In this document: piece after piece, positions 39,101 through 48,236 of the stretch
Layout: the number at the start of each line of letters is the position of its first letter
Position numbering within the stretch: position 1 is the first letter of the stretch
Source of the DNA: an uncultured Planctomycetia bacterium
GTDB taxonomy: Bacteria > Omnitrophota > Gorgyraeia > Pluralincolimonadales > Pluralincolimonadaceae
Direction of reading: 5' to 3'
Assembly (NCBI GenBank): GCA_964650515.1
Contig: CAZYUB010000012.1
Location: 1,944 to 65,943 of the forward strand
Length of the DNA stretch: 64,000 bases
Position numbers and translations under genes: made by a program
The notes under the pieces: model-generated
Database searches by the model: none
Seen by the model: only the letters and a program-made list of their open reading frames with translations
Told to the model about the DNA's origin: nothing

Positions 39101-42100
39101 CCTGATGCCGTCCTTGAGGCCGGGATATTTGTCGCCGACCCTTTCCCATATCCCGACAAGGTAGCCCCTGAGCTTATCGGCGGTCTCTTTTATCACGTAG
39201 TTCGAGGGCTTGCCTTCGTTACCGAGTGTCTGCCATGTGTCGAGCGCCATGCGGTAATCCGACATGATGCATATGAGCTTGATGTCGCTCCTTTCGTATT
39301 CGACCTTCTTGACACCTTTCTTCCTGTAATCATAGAGGAACCTGTCCCTGTTTACCTTATACATCTCGTTCGGGACGGAGGTCTTATACCACGCGTAATT
39401 CACATAATCGAAACCGAGGTATTCCATTACCTCTTCCGTGGACATGTTGTTCTTCATGCCGGTCACTATAAGGTATTCGAGTTTTCCCTGCTTGCCCGCG
39501 ACAACGGTCTCGACGATGCCGAGGATCGTGCCGTATGGGATCTGGGTGGCCGGGATTATCTTCAGCACCGGGATGTAGAAGGTGACCGTGCCGAGCAGCT
39601 GGAAAGCGTTCTTAGCGGGTTCCGGCACGAGCTGGAACGGCTTCAGCGGGACGGACGGGTATTTTTTGCGGAACTGCGGCATCTTGTCGTATTCGGCGAA
39701 GAACTTCCTGAGGTTCTCCTCGTTCACGTCAAGCCCGGAATAATACAGCGAGAGGATGCCCCTTTGGAGGTATTCGTAGCGCTTCCAGATGCCCCGTTTC
39801 CTGGCGAAATCCGCGTTCCAGTATTTCTTCGTCTCTTCCCACTTGAAGACCTCCGCGATATCCTTCATCGACATCCCCGTCTCGCGGCTCGTCTCGAACC
39901 AGAACTGCCCGGTAAGCGGGTCAAGCACGTTGAACCACGGGTATTCCTTGCCGTAACGCGCTATCATCCCGAGCCCTTCGGCCCTGTCGAGCGCCATTAT
40001 AGCCATTCCCGCTATGTTGAACTTCAGGGAAAGCGCGATCTTGGCCCCCGCGAGCGCGGTTGAGGCGAGCAGGCGCCGTTTTCCCATCTTGTCCGACGCG
40101 TCGAAAAAATTCCTGAAAGCGGTAAGGTCCCCGAGCTCCGGCTCCTCGAGAGGGGATACGGCCTCACGCACGACAGGGGGAACCGCGTCCACGGCCGAGG
40201 GCTTCAATATCGGTATTGCCACCGAAAGCTTCTCCTGCACCGGAAGCACTTCGGCAAGCAGTTTCGTCTTTCCCTCGCGCGACTTCAACACCGGGGCCAG
40301 CCTGCTGTCTACGACCTTATCCGGTATGTAAAACTCTATCTTCTTGAGGTCGGCGCGCATCTTGTCTAGCAGGACCTCTTCCTGCGCGGAATAGCTGAAC
40401 TTATCTCTTGATTCCGGCAGGACGAGTTTTATCATGTCGTGCTTGTTCTGGCTCGGAAGCCCCCTAAGGGCGGAGAACATTATGACAAGCAGAAGGGAAG
40501 CGGAAACTATTATATAGGCCTTTTTCAGCTTTTCGCGGGGCGTGAGGCTGCGCGGGTCCAGGTCCCTGACCTTGCCGATGGCCGCGATGGCATAGCGGCC
40601 GAACATCAGCGAGCCCGCCCACGGCAGGATCCCGAATATCCCGAACACGGTCATCGGCGCTATCCCCGTAATGATATAAATGGCCGCTATGGACGATATT
40701 ATCAAGCCCATCTTTTGGGCTTCCTCGATCTTTATGTCCCTGAACTCGTTTTTAGTTATCCTGCCTTCGAGCTCCATCAAGGAGAGGGTGCTCGAGGTCT
40801 TCCATTCGGGGACTTTGTTGGCCTTCTCGGATTTATATATCGAGTATGAAAGCAGGGGTTTTATGACGGTCAACTGCAGGGACGATACGGTCGTCTCTAT
40901 CGTCTGCAGGACACTGTCGAAGAACTGGTCCACGAGCTCTATAGCGAAGGCCCCCGGGCGGATCGGGCGCCCTTCGGCTCGGGACCTGCGGAATATGTAC
41001 CTTACGGGGTCTATGAACCTGTGCACGAATATGATCCCGAAGAACGAGAGCGCCAATGTCAGGATATAAGCGTTTGAATTGGTCGGCACTATCAGGATAA
41101 AGGGAAATATCCAAAGCATGCACATCAGCATGATAAAGCAGAACAGCATCGGGTCGGAAAGCAGCCTTCCGATCGCCCAGCTCAGGTGCCACTGGTGGTA
41201 ATATGTCAGCAGTTTCCTGTAGGAGATCAGCGTCCTGATCGCCTGGAAATCTCCGATAAGCCACCTGACGTCGCGTATGATGTATGTGACGAAATGGAGC
41301 TGGTCGCGTTCGCCGACCGCGACGGAGTTATTATAGAAATTCGCCGTATATTTTACTATTTCGTCCATCCCCGTTTCTTTCAGGTGATGGAATTTCCTGG
41401 CGAAGCGGTACTCGCCGGTGTTGATATCGAAATGGTGCAGCCATACATCCCCGGCCGCGTCCTTCTCCAGTTTTATGAACCTTGTCGTATCGGCAAGGTC
41501 TATGCGCAGCACGACGGCGCCGAACTTCTCGAGGACCCTGCTTACGATATACCTCCTCGCGCCGAGCAACCCCTCGCAGTTCCTGCTGAATATCGATTCC
41601 TGCCAGTCGTGCGAAAGGACTTTAGCGGGTGAAAGCGTCTCCGGCTTGAAGACCCTTTCGTAGTATACCTTTGTCCTCGTGAAGCCCTTCCCGAAGAAAG
41701 CGCGCTCCTTGCCGTAGATGCCCGAGACGACCTTCATGTTTATCTCGTTCTCTATGTCGCGCTCGTTCTTCATTATCTTCCAGTAGACGCTCTCCTTGGC
41801 CGCGCCGCCGAGGTAGGGGGGAGTTATGACGATGTGCGGCTGCGCTATGACTATATGGCTGTTGTCGGGATGCATCATTATGGCGAGCGCCTTCTCGAGC
41901 TCGCCAGGATAGAGCTCGTTCTTATCGTCCATGATGACGCAGAACTCCGAGATCCTCTCCTGGTCGATCTCGACATCTTCGCCGCGCAGTATTCGTTCCG
42001 CGGCCTCGTCAGGGGTATATTGTTTTATGCCGAGGGCCTTCACGAGGTCCGTCGACCATATCCTGCAAAGCAGCGGTTTGTTCCTGTTTTGCGTGAACTC

Positions 42101-43609
42101 AAAACCCTCATCGGTGAACAGGTACGGCTTCGCCTGCCCGGTGTTCATGAAATGCATCAGGTTGCCTATGCCGCCGACCTTTCCGGCGAACCCGCCGGCT
42201 TTTATCATGCCGAGTTTCGTGTTGTCGAACCATTCGCTCTTCGACCTGTTCATGTAAAGGAAATCGAGGTTAGGGTAGGAATATTCCGACGAGAATTCCC
42301 GCAGACGCTTGACCTCGTATTCTATTATCTTGTCGTTCTTCGTGTCGGACCAGAACGTCATCACGAGCAGGATGCGGTTGCCGAACGTCTCGAGGGTAGG
42401 CCTCAGCGCGTCTATCGTCTTCCTGAAATAAAATATAGCTATCTCTGCGTCGGATTCGTTGTCGCTCCTCTTGGCCGTTATATAGGATATCTTCAGGGGT
42501 TTCTCTTCGGTGTAGTTCGCGTTTATGTATTCTCCGAGCTCGGGCAGCATCTTGTGGCCAGGCACGCTGACCATAAGGCTTACTATGAACAGGGATATCT
42601 TATGCGAGGGCTGCCAGGATATGTAATAGGTGATGCCGAAGCAGAGGGCTATCCAGATGAAAGTGATGGGAGGCATGTGCGGCAGGCCCGGGAAGCCGTA
42701 GACGGTAAGCGTCGGGACAACGGCGACGAGCGAAGCAAAGAAAAGCCTGAAGGAACGCGTGAGGCCTTCATAGAGGCGCGCCTCGGGCCCTTTGACGAAC
42801 GGGGGAGGGATCAGCGTGTCCTTGTTCTTGCGCAGCTGGTCCATCAGCAGGACCGCTTTGCGGTAACGGCCAAAATCCCTCAGGTTCTTTACGGCGTCCT
42901 TATATTCGGGATAGTTATCGAGCTCCCTCGTGAATTTTCCGAGCAGGCTCAGCTCGTGGTCCCCGAGCCGGTGGCCTATGATCCTGCGGTAGAGCAGCTC
43001 CGGGGGCACGACAAGTTTTTCGGCAAGCGCGGTAACGGCCTCCTTGATCTTTGCCCCGTCGTTTGCCCTGACCGCTTCCTTGAGATCGGAGAAGATCTGC
43101 GAGTAATCGGTAAAATCGCTTATGCTGCTGGCTTTCCTTATGTCTTCCTCGAAGACGGACATGAAATCGTGCAGCAGTTTCGACTGCATCTCAAGGCGTT
43201 TCTGCCTGAGCGTAGAGCCGAGGGCGGCCTTGCGTTTTTCGAGGGAAGAGATCTCGCGAAGCACGGCGGCGTCCGTATTCCTGTCATCGGACTGGTCGTT
43301 TTCCACGGACCTGTAGAGGCGCTCGAGCCTCTTATCTATAGAGCGCGTCTCCCGCCCGTAGCTTCTGGCGAGCCATTTCGTATCGCGGTATATGATCCCG
43401 GCGAGGGCCTTCTTGACGATTATCTCGGACATCACGAAATTATGCTGTCCGGGGGTCGCGTACCTGAACCTGCCCCTCCTGAGGTGCCCGAACCTTTCGA
43501 GCAGGCGGGTAATGGAAAAAGGCCAGAGGTACCCGGGGCGCGGCAGCTCCTGCAGGAAATCCGTCAGCTGCTTCGATATCCTGGAGAGTTCGCTCCGGTC
43601 GTTCGGCAT
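36083..43609 (-). CDS. Giant (2508 aa) multi-pass membrane protein with an OpgH/MdoH-like GT2 glucosyltransferase domain and a ~1400-aa C-terminal soluble region with internal repeats
   Basis: Uninterrupted 7.5-kb ORF. TM clusters at aa ~290-350, 820-865, 965-1047 and 2462-2482. The GT2-like core at aa ~380-800 has a VIMDDKNE putative DxD and an OpgH-like block VLSHDWQESIF (cf. E. coli OpgH ILSHDFVEA; recalled, not aligned). The ATG abuts the ybaK-like TAA. Confidence 0.8.
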   Translation of the reverse strand: MPNDRSELSRISKQLTDFLQELPRPGYLWPFSITRLLERFGHLRRGRFRYATPGQHNFVMSEIIVKKALAGIIYRDTKWLARSYGRETRSIDKRLERLYRSVENDQSDDRNTDAAVLREISSLEKRKAALGSTLRQKRLEMQSKLLHDFMSVFEEDIRKASSISDFTDYSQIFSDLKEAVRANDGAKIKEAVTALAEKLVVPPELLYRRIIGHRLGDHELSLLGKFTRELDNYPEYKDAVKNLRDFGRYRKAVLLMDQLRKNKDTLIPPPFVKGPEARLYEGLTRSFRLFFASLVAVVPTLTVYGFPGLPHMPPITFIWIALCFGITYYISWQPSHKISLFIVSLMVSVPGHKMLPELGEYINANYTEEKPLKISYITAKRSDNESDAEIAIFYFRKTIDALRPTLETFGNRILLVMTFWSDTKNDKIIEYEVKRLREFSSEYSYPNLDFLYMNRSKSEWFDNTKLGMIKAGGFAGKVGGIGNLMHFMNTGQAKPYLFTDEGFEFTQNRNKPLLCRIWSTDLVKALGIKQYTPDEAAERILRGEDVEIDQERISEFCVIMDDKNELYPGELEKALAIMMHPDNSHIVIAQPHIVITPPYLGGAAKESVYWKIMKNERDIENEINMKVVSGIYGKERAFFGKGFTRTKVYYERVFKPETLSPAKVLSHDWQESIFSRNCEGLLGARRYIVSRVLEKFGAVVLRIDLADTTRFIKLEKDAAGDVWLHHFDINTGEYRFARKFHHLKETGMDEIVKYTANFYNNSVAVGERDQLHFVTYIIRDVRWLIGDFQAIRTLISYRKLLTYYHQWHLSWAIGRLLSDPMLFCFIMLMCMLWIFPFILIVPTNSNAYILTLALSFFGIIFVHRFIDPVRYIFRRSRAEGRPIRPGAFAIELVDQFFDSVLQTIETTVSSLQLTVIKPLLSYSIYKSEKANKVPEWKTSSTLSLMELEGRITKNEFRDIKIEEAQKMGLIISSIAAIYIITGIAPMTVFGIFGILPWAGSLMFGRYAIAAIGKVRDLDPRSLTPREKLKKAYIIVSASLLLVIMFSALRGLPSQNKHDMIKLVLPESRDKFSYSAQEEVLLDKMRADLKKIEFYIPDKVVDSRLAPVLKSREGKTKLLAEVLPVQEKLSVAIPILKPSAVDAVPPVVREAVSPLEEPELGDLTAFRNFFDASDKMGKRRLLASTALAGAKIALSLKFNIAGMAIMALDRAEGLGMIARYGKEYPWFNVLDPLTGQFWFETSRETGMSMKDIAEVFKWEETKKYWNADFARKRGIWKRYEYLQRGILSLYYSGLDVNEENLRKFFAEYDKMPQFRKKYPSVPLKPFQLVPEPAKNAFQLLGTVTFYIPVLKIIPATQIPYGTILGIVETVVAGKQGKLEYLIVTGMKNNMSTEEVMEYLGFDYVNYAWYKTSVPNEMYKVNRDRFLYDYRKKGVKKVEYERSDIKLICIMSDYRMALDTWQTLGNEGKPSNYVIKETADKLRGYLVGIWERVGDKYPGLKDGIRAKGIGEYLAVSYYVMAERYGWNMDDYMDYLGPQLEEADGLKKQGVILDEKIINEIMFNNELRQKGIFEDPRLSPRENAGIISRIEKRIEKQSEAGKEMTGYIWLSSLMLEAKANRIDVDPAEFASKFMQIYETGVSSGMSEKPWWEKSGYLTLIYYKAGFSGIAELFDYFDDEFRMSEAWHKQKLELPAGFVSGVVEATYRDMGYAESQVRILADQTPEKMKLDIAYEFLAKLVIEAEANSIKAGPKALASEFMEFYGAGMSSGYGRIPWWNISGYLMLEYEKNRASMGWDGIGGYFKYYSPVFAAINGWFNEDLPLPAGFEYENAFRLQILKRKLSRDPRTEKDGGRVLRVIVDTVENEAPAIKRFNAYMTLARLREDFKLDFGRELGAEELQRLASVLKDFWKELPVNYPNLPFFVPGITEKIAINSLAFKDHRDVEKAAFLAQINEFWPARIPEGIESGIRDEVEEKTGIRITDGRVLHYTTLQTGISILSNLGVAVTEPDIIRAMQLRRSIRSAAREYPDLELLKQGNAEWMAVFAMKKKLTFYELRHGYLKPIQDIYKYAAGAYFPKELEMMSGKIKGVNANDIGVITDIYGLKDSGFAAVPKVSDNDIIVNIIWYHLQRAYDLGLPEKDLGAFFRILKSVKDNDLGGLMAAKTFDDLQKWQEKMDSVTFRLLSIYRNPRAFKGSRSADDFLHKFLSNSRVVKNDAIIASRMAEIRSHDEKVADSLEFLWPLLMTFENIPPSVMADIVSHMDYVSSSYREIIGLQPEKDSAVEFNEAVNVYLTGRYGKFLMRQKTNYQRAQSSWWTNYIIKMAYKRLFNENLDETERMSRKLLKNMQVWFDREKLKNPRNFVLKDIVADLAANGSVRRIGLFMPIYSGNDEYNARIAALKRYISRLDAEIAGLKSGRRYYADLEKISVKAKQDLEELRLAPEVLISKAEEAETLLMLFRRSHNRDSLFLTSIILAGILAAMALSRLVFAIKRAVLGLSRSTRPSEPQIPV

Positions 43610-44080
43610 TTAGATATGCTTACCGATATCGGCTATCTTAGGTTTCGCGAGTTTCTCGAAATCGGAGTACTTCATCTTTACGGTGTCGGTATGTGTGCCG
43701 CCGTTGAAGACGATCTCGACGTCTTCCCTGAGTATCTTGTCGGAGACCGTCTCGAGGCCGAAGAGCTCGCCGAAAGGAGGCATCGCGCCCGGCTTGTAAT
43801 CGGGAACGGCCTTCTCAATGTCCTTTTCGGTGGCTATCTTGACCGACTTGCACTTCAGGGCTGATTTCAGTTTCTTGAGGTCTATAAGATGGATCGCCGG
43901 AAGGACAGCGAGCGCGAAACCCTTATCCGTCTTTACGAGGACAGATTTAATTACTTGCTTGCCCGGGACCTCCTGGGCGGCCGCTATCTCCTGCGCGGTA
44001 TACGCGAGCTTGTGTTTCAGGGCCTTGTACTTGACCTTGTTCGAGTCAAGGTACTTCTTGAGCTTTGTGGGAATCGCCAT
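43610..44080 (-). CDS. YbaK/ProX-type aminoacyl-tRNA deacylase domain protein
   Basis: 156 aa with KSVLVKTDKGFALAVLP and GAMPPFG motifs characteristic of the tRNA_edit domain. Confidence 0.65.
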   Translation of the reverse strand: MAIPTKLKKYLDSNKVKYKALKHKLAYTAQEIAAAQEVPGKQVIKSVLVKTDKGFALAVLPAIHLIDLKKLKSALKCKSVKIATEKDIEKAVPDYKPGAMPPFGELFGLETVSDKILREDVEIVFNGGTHTDTVKMKYSDFEKLAKPKIADIGKHI

Positions 44081-44108
44081 GCCGGGACCTCCTTTGTGCG
44101 TGTTAGGT

Positions 44109-44195
44109 TGGTGCCGAAGGAGAGATTTGAACTCTCAAGACCTTGCGGTCACTGCGCCCTGAACGCAGCGCGTATGCCAGTTCCGCCACTTCGGC
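44109..44195 (-). tRNA. tRNA-Leu (anticodon CAG), type II with long variable arm, CCA encoded
   Basis: The reverse complement folds as acceptor GCCGAAG/CTTCGGC, anticodon stem CTGCG/CGCAG with loop TTCAGGG, a 15-nt variable arm, and T-arm GAGAG-TTCAAAT-CTCTC. Closely resembles E. coli tRNA-Leu(CAG). Confidence 0.85.
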
Positions 44196-44199
44196 AAAT

Positions 44200-46227
44200 C
44201 TATTCCTTTACGAACCACATCTTGTCACGGTATTCCTGGACCATCCTGCAGGTGTTGAAATAATGGCTTTGTTTGATACAGTTTATCATAATATCGATCC
44301 ATTTTGAACCGGTATTAAGTTTCCCGTCCATATTTGTCTCGTAGTAGAGTTTTACCATCTTTTCCAGCGCCGCGTAAAGCTGCGCCGAGTCTGAATCGAG
44401 CCGCAGGTCGAGCTCGCTTCCTATCGGGTCCCCGGTGTTATGCCTGTAGCCGAATATCTCGCCTATGTTCGCGTCTGGATTCTCTACCGTGTCGGCGGCC
44501 TCGACGACCCAGCCGTCGAGCGTCGAGAGCTGCAGGACGCCGTTAAGGATCGCTTTCATTCCGCTCGTGCCGGACGCCTCGAACGGGGGAAGGGGGTTGT
44601 TGAGCCAGACATCTACCGAGTTCGTAAGCAGCTTGCCGAAGAAGATATCGTAATTTTCAAGCATTATTACACGCAGGCTTGAACCCTGAGTGCCGAGGGA
44701 ATCTATCGTGTTCATTATGCTGTTTATGTAGGTGCCGACCAAACTATCGTTCGGGTGGGCTTTTCCCGCGATAATTATCTGGACCGGCCCGTATTTCTCC
44801 GCGATATCGAGGAGTTTCCGCGGGTCCTGGAAGAGCAGGCTCGGCCTCTTATACGCTGCGATCCTCCTGGCCCAGCAGAGAGTGAAGCAGTTCTCCTTAA
44901 TGTCCCAGTTCGAGAATACCGACGAAAGTCTGCGCTTGTTCGCCTGGTGCGCGTCCCAGAGGTCGGCCCTGAACTGCGCGTCATCCCTGAGCCGCTCAAG
45001 GTCCATTAATTCGGAATGGCCCGATGTGCAGGGCTTGGCCTCGTTCCTGTATTTAATAAGGAGATTGGCGATATCATCCGAGATCCACGTCGGTATATGT
45101 ATGCCGTTCGTTATTGACCTTATCTTGCCGGCATGCTGCGGGAACTGCATGCGGGTGACTTCGCCGTGTTTCTTCGCGACAGCGTTCACGCTCCTGCAGC
45201 AATTCAGCAGCAGCACCGTAAGGTTCGCGCTGCTGTCCTCGGAACCGTTCTTCTTTATGAAATCCATGTTCTCGTCCGGCAGGATCTTCTCGAGCTCCTT
45301 CAGCGGGAAGCGGTCGTGGCCCGCCGCGACGGGGGTATGGCACGTGTAGACGAAATTCCGCTCGAGCGTGGCGAGGGCGTCCTTATCGAGCGCGTCGGCC
45401 ATCTCTACGAGCGCCATAGCGGCGTGCCCCTCGTTGAGGTGGTACCTTTTTATGTTATACCCGAGCGCCTCGAACGCCTTGATCCCGCCTATGCCGAGTA
45501 TCACGCGCTGCATTATCTTAATATAGGAATTGTCGCTCCTGTATAGCTGGTCGGTAAGCCTCCTGAGCTCCGGGCTGTTGCCGTCGACATCGGAGTCGAG
45601 CAGTATCAGCGGGACCGCGTGTTCCTTGTTGAAGCTGTAGACGTAATATTTCCAGAGACGCAGGGAGAGCTCACCGCCCCTGAGGGGTATCTTTATCACC
45701 GTATCGAGGGGGATAAGGCCCGGGTATGAGTAGGGGTCCCAGTTCGTCTCCTCGGGGACCTGGCCGTCCTTGAACCAGAAGTTCTGCTTGAAGTAGCCCT
45801 TCCTCCAGAGTATGCCTACAGCCGCCAGCGATATGTTAAGGTCGGCCGACGATTTTAAACTGTCGCCCGCGAGCACTCCGAGGCCGCCGCTGTATATCGG
45901 CAAATCCATTATCCTCCGGTCCATCTTGAACTGGAAGTAATAGTCCCTTATGCGCATGTTAGAGAAGATGTTCTGCTTCGGGAGTATGTTCGATTCCGAG
46001 ACGGGGGAGGAAGAACTGAAGCTGTTGTATACGCTCGTAGCCAACCCGTATTCCATGGAGAAATACCCCACGGACTGCTCTTCCGGGGAGGAGAGCCGTT
46101 TTTCGGCCTGGACTATGCTCTTCAGCGGGAAGCCGAAGTATAGGCCGTCCGTTATATCTCTTGAGTATTTTTCCTCGAACCGGCTGACTTTTACCAGCGA
46201 AAGGAATTCTTTAAGGGTGTCTTCCAT
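44200..46227 (-). CDS. glgP: Alpha-glucan (glycogen/maltodextrin) phosphorylase, GT35 family
   Basis: 675 aa with the PLP-site block EASGTSGMKAILNG, GGLGVLAGD and EGHAAMALVE motifs. Confidence 0.88.
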   Translation of the reverse strand: MEDTLKEFLSLVKVSRFEEKYSRDITDGLYFGFPLKSIVQAEKRLSSPEEQSVGYFSMEYGLATSVYNSFSSSSPVSESNILPKQNIFSNMRIRDYYFQFKMDRRIMDLPIYSGGLGVLAGDSLKSSADLNISLAAVGILWRKGYFKQNFWFKDGQVPEETNWDPYSYPGLIPLDTVIKIPLRGGELSLRLWKYYVYSFNKEHAVPLILLDSDVDGNSPELRRLTDQLYRSDNSYIKIMQRVILGIGGIKAFEALGYNIKRYHLNEGHAAMALVEMADALDKDALATLERNFVYTCHTPVAAGHDRFPLKELEKILPDENMDFIKKNGSEDSSANLTVLLLNCCRSVNAVAKKHGEVTRMQFPQHAGKIRSITNGIHIPTWISDDIANLLIKYRNEAKPCTSGHSELMDLERLRDDAQFRADLWDAHQANKRRLSSVFSNWDIKENCFTLCWARRIAAYKRPSLLFQDPRKLLDIAEKYGPVQIIIAGKAHPNDSLVGTYINSIMNTIDSLGTQGSSLRVIMLENYDIFFGKLLTNSVDVWLNNPLPPFEASGTSGMKAILNGVLQLSTLDGWVVEAADTVENPDANIGEIFGYRHNTGDPIGSELDLRLDSDSAQLYAALEKMVKLYYETNMDGKLNTGSKWIDIMINCIKQSHYFNTCRMVQEYRDKMWFVKE

Positions 46228-46307
46228 ATGGGTATCCGGAACTCAACTGATTATACCGATTATCTTCGATTTTTTCAATGAAATATGTTATATTATTGAT
46301 ACCTAAA

Positions 46308-46760
46308 ATGGCGGATGAAACGGTCGCGACAAACAGGGAGGCCCGGCACAATTATCACATCCTCGAGTCCTTTGAGGCGGGCATCGCCCTGCAGGGGGCG
46401 GAGGTCAAGTCCTTGCGGGACAAGAAGGCCAACTTGAACGACAGTTTCGCCAGGATAGACGAAGGCGAATTGTTCATATTTAACATGCATATATCTCCGT
46501 ATCCCCAGGCGGGCAGGTTCGCTCCCGAGCCTAAGAGAAAACGGAAACTGCTGGTGCACAAGGCCGAGATAAGGAAGATAGAAGGCCGCCTGGCACAGAA
46601 GGGCTTGACGCTTATCCCCCTTAAGGTCTATTTCACGAGGGGGCGCGCGAAGGTCGAAGTGGCGCTCGCGCAGGGCAAGAAGCTTTACGACAAACGCGAG
46701 GATATCAAACGCCGCGATTCCGACAGGGAACTGCGGCGCGAGATTCGCGGGAAAGAATAG
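46308..46760 (+). CDS. smpB: SsrA-binding protein SmpB
   Basis: The canonical start is MADETVATNREARHNYHILE. The upstream ATG at 46278 lies in the AT-rich promoter region. Followed immediately by tmRNA. Confidence 0.88.
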   Translation: MADETVATNREARHNYHILESFEAGIALQGAEVKSLRDKKANLNDSFARIDEGELFIFNMHISPYPQAGRFAPEPKRKRKLLVHKAEIRKIEGRLAQKGLTLIPLKVYFTRGRAKVEVALAQGKKLYDKREDIKRRDSDRELRREIRGKE

Positions 46761-47111
46761 GGGGGCGAAAGGCTTCGACTTAAGAAGCGAGTTAAGGGTT
46801 GCATGCCGAGGGTGTCAGGTGGCCTCGTTAAAACCTGGCAAAAAAAGTTAAACGCGAACGAACTCGCGCTAGCCGCTTAATTGCGGCACGTCACCCGGTT
46901 TTGCCTGCGAAGCCGGATGTGACGCCGCAGCAGGCTGGTTCCGTTCCTTTCGCCTTTGGGGGGCGGGACGAGATAAATTAAAGGCTAGTCGTTGCGGTAG
47001 CGGGCCTGCTTACGCGCCCGCATCGGCGAAACGACAAATTGCAGGAAACGCATGTAGGAGCTCTTAGCAAGTGACTTAAGGACCGGGGTTCGAATCCCCG
47101 CGCCTCCACCA
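46761..47111 (+). ncRNA. ssrA: tmRNA (SsrA), 351 nt
   Basis: 5' GGGGGCGAAAGGCTTCGAC, and a 3' tRNA-like end GGTTCGAATCCCCGCGCCTCCACCA pairing with the 5' end. Internal tag reading frame GCG AAC GAA CTC GCG CTA GCC GCT TAA (ANELALAA) at 46854-46880. Confidence 0.85.
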
Positions 47112-47129
47112 TAACAGGGGAGAGACAAG

Positions 47130-48236
47130 ATCAGGAAGATCCTGCTGCTCGTTATAGTTGCGTGCCTGTTGATCACTTCCGGCTGCGCTACGGTACCGCG
47201 GCGCGCTTCGTTGAGGGGCGCCCTGGCTTCGCAGACGGTAAGGATAGGCGGCACGGATTATATTCCCCTCGCGCTGATAGCCGGCTATTACAAGGCCGGG
47301 TGCGAGTGGGACACGATAGCGAGGAAAGCGGACCTCGTAAAAGAGAACAGGTCTTTCTCCTTTTATGTAGGCATGGAATACGCGGTGGTGAACGGCCGGC
47401 CCGAGAAGATGAGTGCTCCCGCGGTATTCCACGAGGGGGCGGTCGCGATACCGGCTGATTTCGCCATAGAGAGGATAGGAAAGATACTCGGCCCGCCGCA
47501 GATAGCGAAAGGGCCGCAGCCCCCGGTAACGCAAAAATATATGATAAGGAAGATCGTCCTTGATCCCGGGCACGGCGGCGATGATCCCGGGGCCATCGGA
47601 AGGACGGGCCTGAAGGAGAAGGACCTCGTGCTTGATATCTCGAAACGGGTAAAAGAGAAACTGGTCGAGAACGGCGTGGATTGCATCATGACGCGCGATA
47701 GGGACAAGTTCATCCCGCTGGCCAAAAGGTCGCAGATAGCGAACGAGAGCGACGCGGACTTTTTCGTGAGCATACACGCCAACGCGGCAAGATTGAAAGG
47801 CGCCCGGGGTTTCGAGGTATATTACCTCTCGAACGCGGTGGACGATAACGCGAGGGCCGTGCAGGCCGCCGAGGACTCCTTCCTTAAATTCGACGATTCC
47901 TCATTCCTGCACCGGAACACGGACCTTGAAGCGACGGTATGGGACCTTGTCTATACCGAGAACCGCGAGGAGTCCGTTGAGCTCGCGAAATATATAACGA
48001 AAGCCGTCGACGACTCGACTTCACTGAAGTGCCGCGGGGTAAAGAGCGCGAGGTTCGCCGTGCTCAAGGGCACGCAGATCCCCTCGGTCCTGGTCGAGGT
48101 CGGTTTCATATCCAATGCAGCAGAGGAGAAGAACCTTAAGACATCCGCGTACCGAGAGGCGGTCGCCTGCGCGATAGCCAGGGGCATATTGAACTATAAG
48201 AAGATATACGAATCTACGGACGGGTTCACGCAATGA
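47130..48236 (+). CDS. N-acetylmuramoyl-L-alanine amidase (Amidase_3, AmiC-like) lipoprotein
   Basis: Amidase_3 core (LDPGHGGDDPGA..., SIHANAA...). An upstream in-frame extension encodes a lipoprotein-type signal (KILLLVIVACLLITSGC) but no ATG/GTG; candidate starts are ATC 47130/47139, CTG 47142, or the track's TTG 47169. Confidence 0.75.
   Translation: MRKILLLVIVACLLITSGCATVPRRASLRGALASQTVRIGGTDYIPLALIAGYYKAGCEWDTIARKADLVKENRSFSFYVGMEYAVVNGRPEKMSAPAVFHEGAVAIPADFAIERIGKILGPPQIAKGPQPPVTQKYMIRKIVLDPGHGGDDPGAIGRTGLKEKDLVLDISKRVKEKLVENGVDCIMTRDRDKFIPLAKRSQIANESDADFFVSIHANAARLKGARGFEVYYLSNAVDDNARAVQAAEDSFLKFDDSSFLHRNTDLEATVWDLVYTENREESVELAKYITKAVDDSTSLKCRGVKSARFAVLKGTQIPSVLVEVGFISNAAEEKNLKTSAYREAVACAIARGILNYKKIYESTDGFTQ

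Noticed and set aside
38552-40063. 503-aa plus-strand ORF (and 41834..43864 +, 676 aa; 37235..38116 +, 293 aa) inside the giant gene region
   Set aside because: These are antisense to the 7.5-kb minus-strand ORF. The products are Arg/Leu/Glu-rich low-complexity sequences typical of GC-rich antisense frames, with no ribosome-binding sites or domain motifs.
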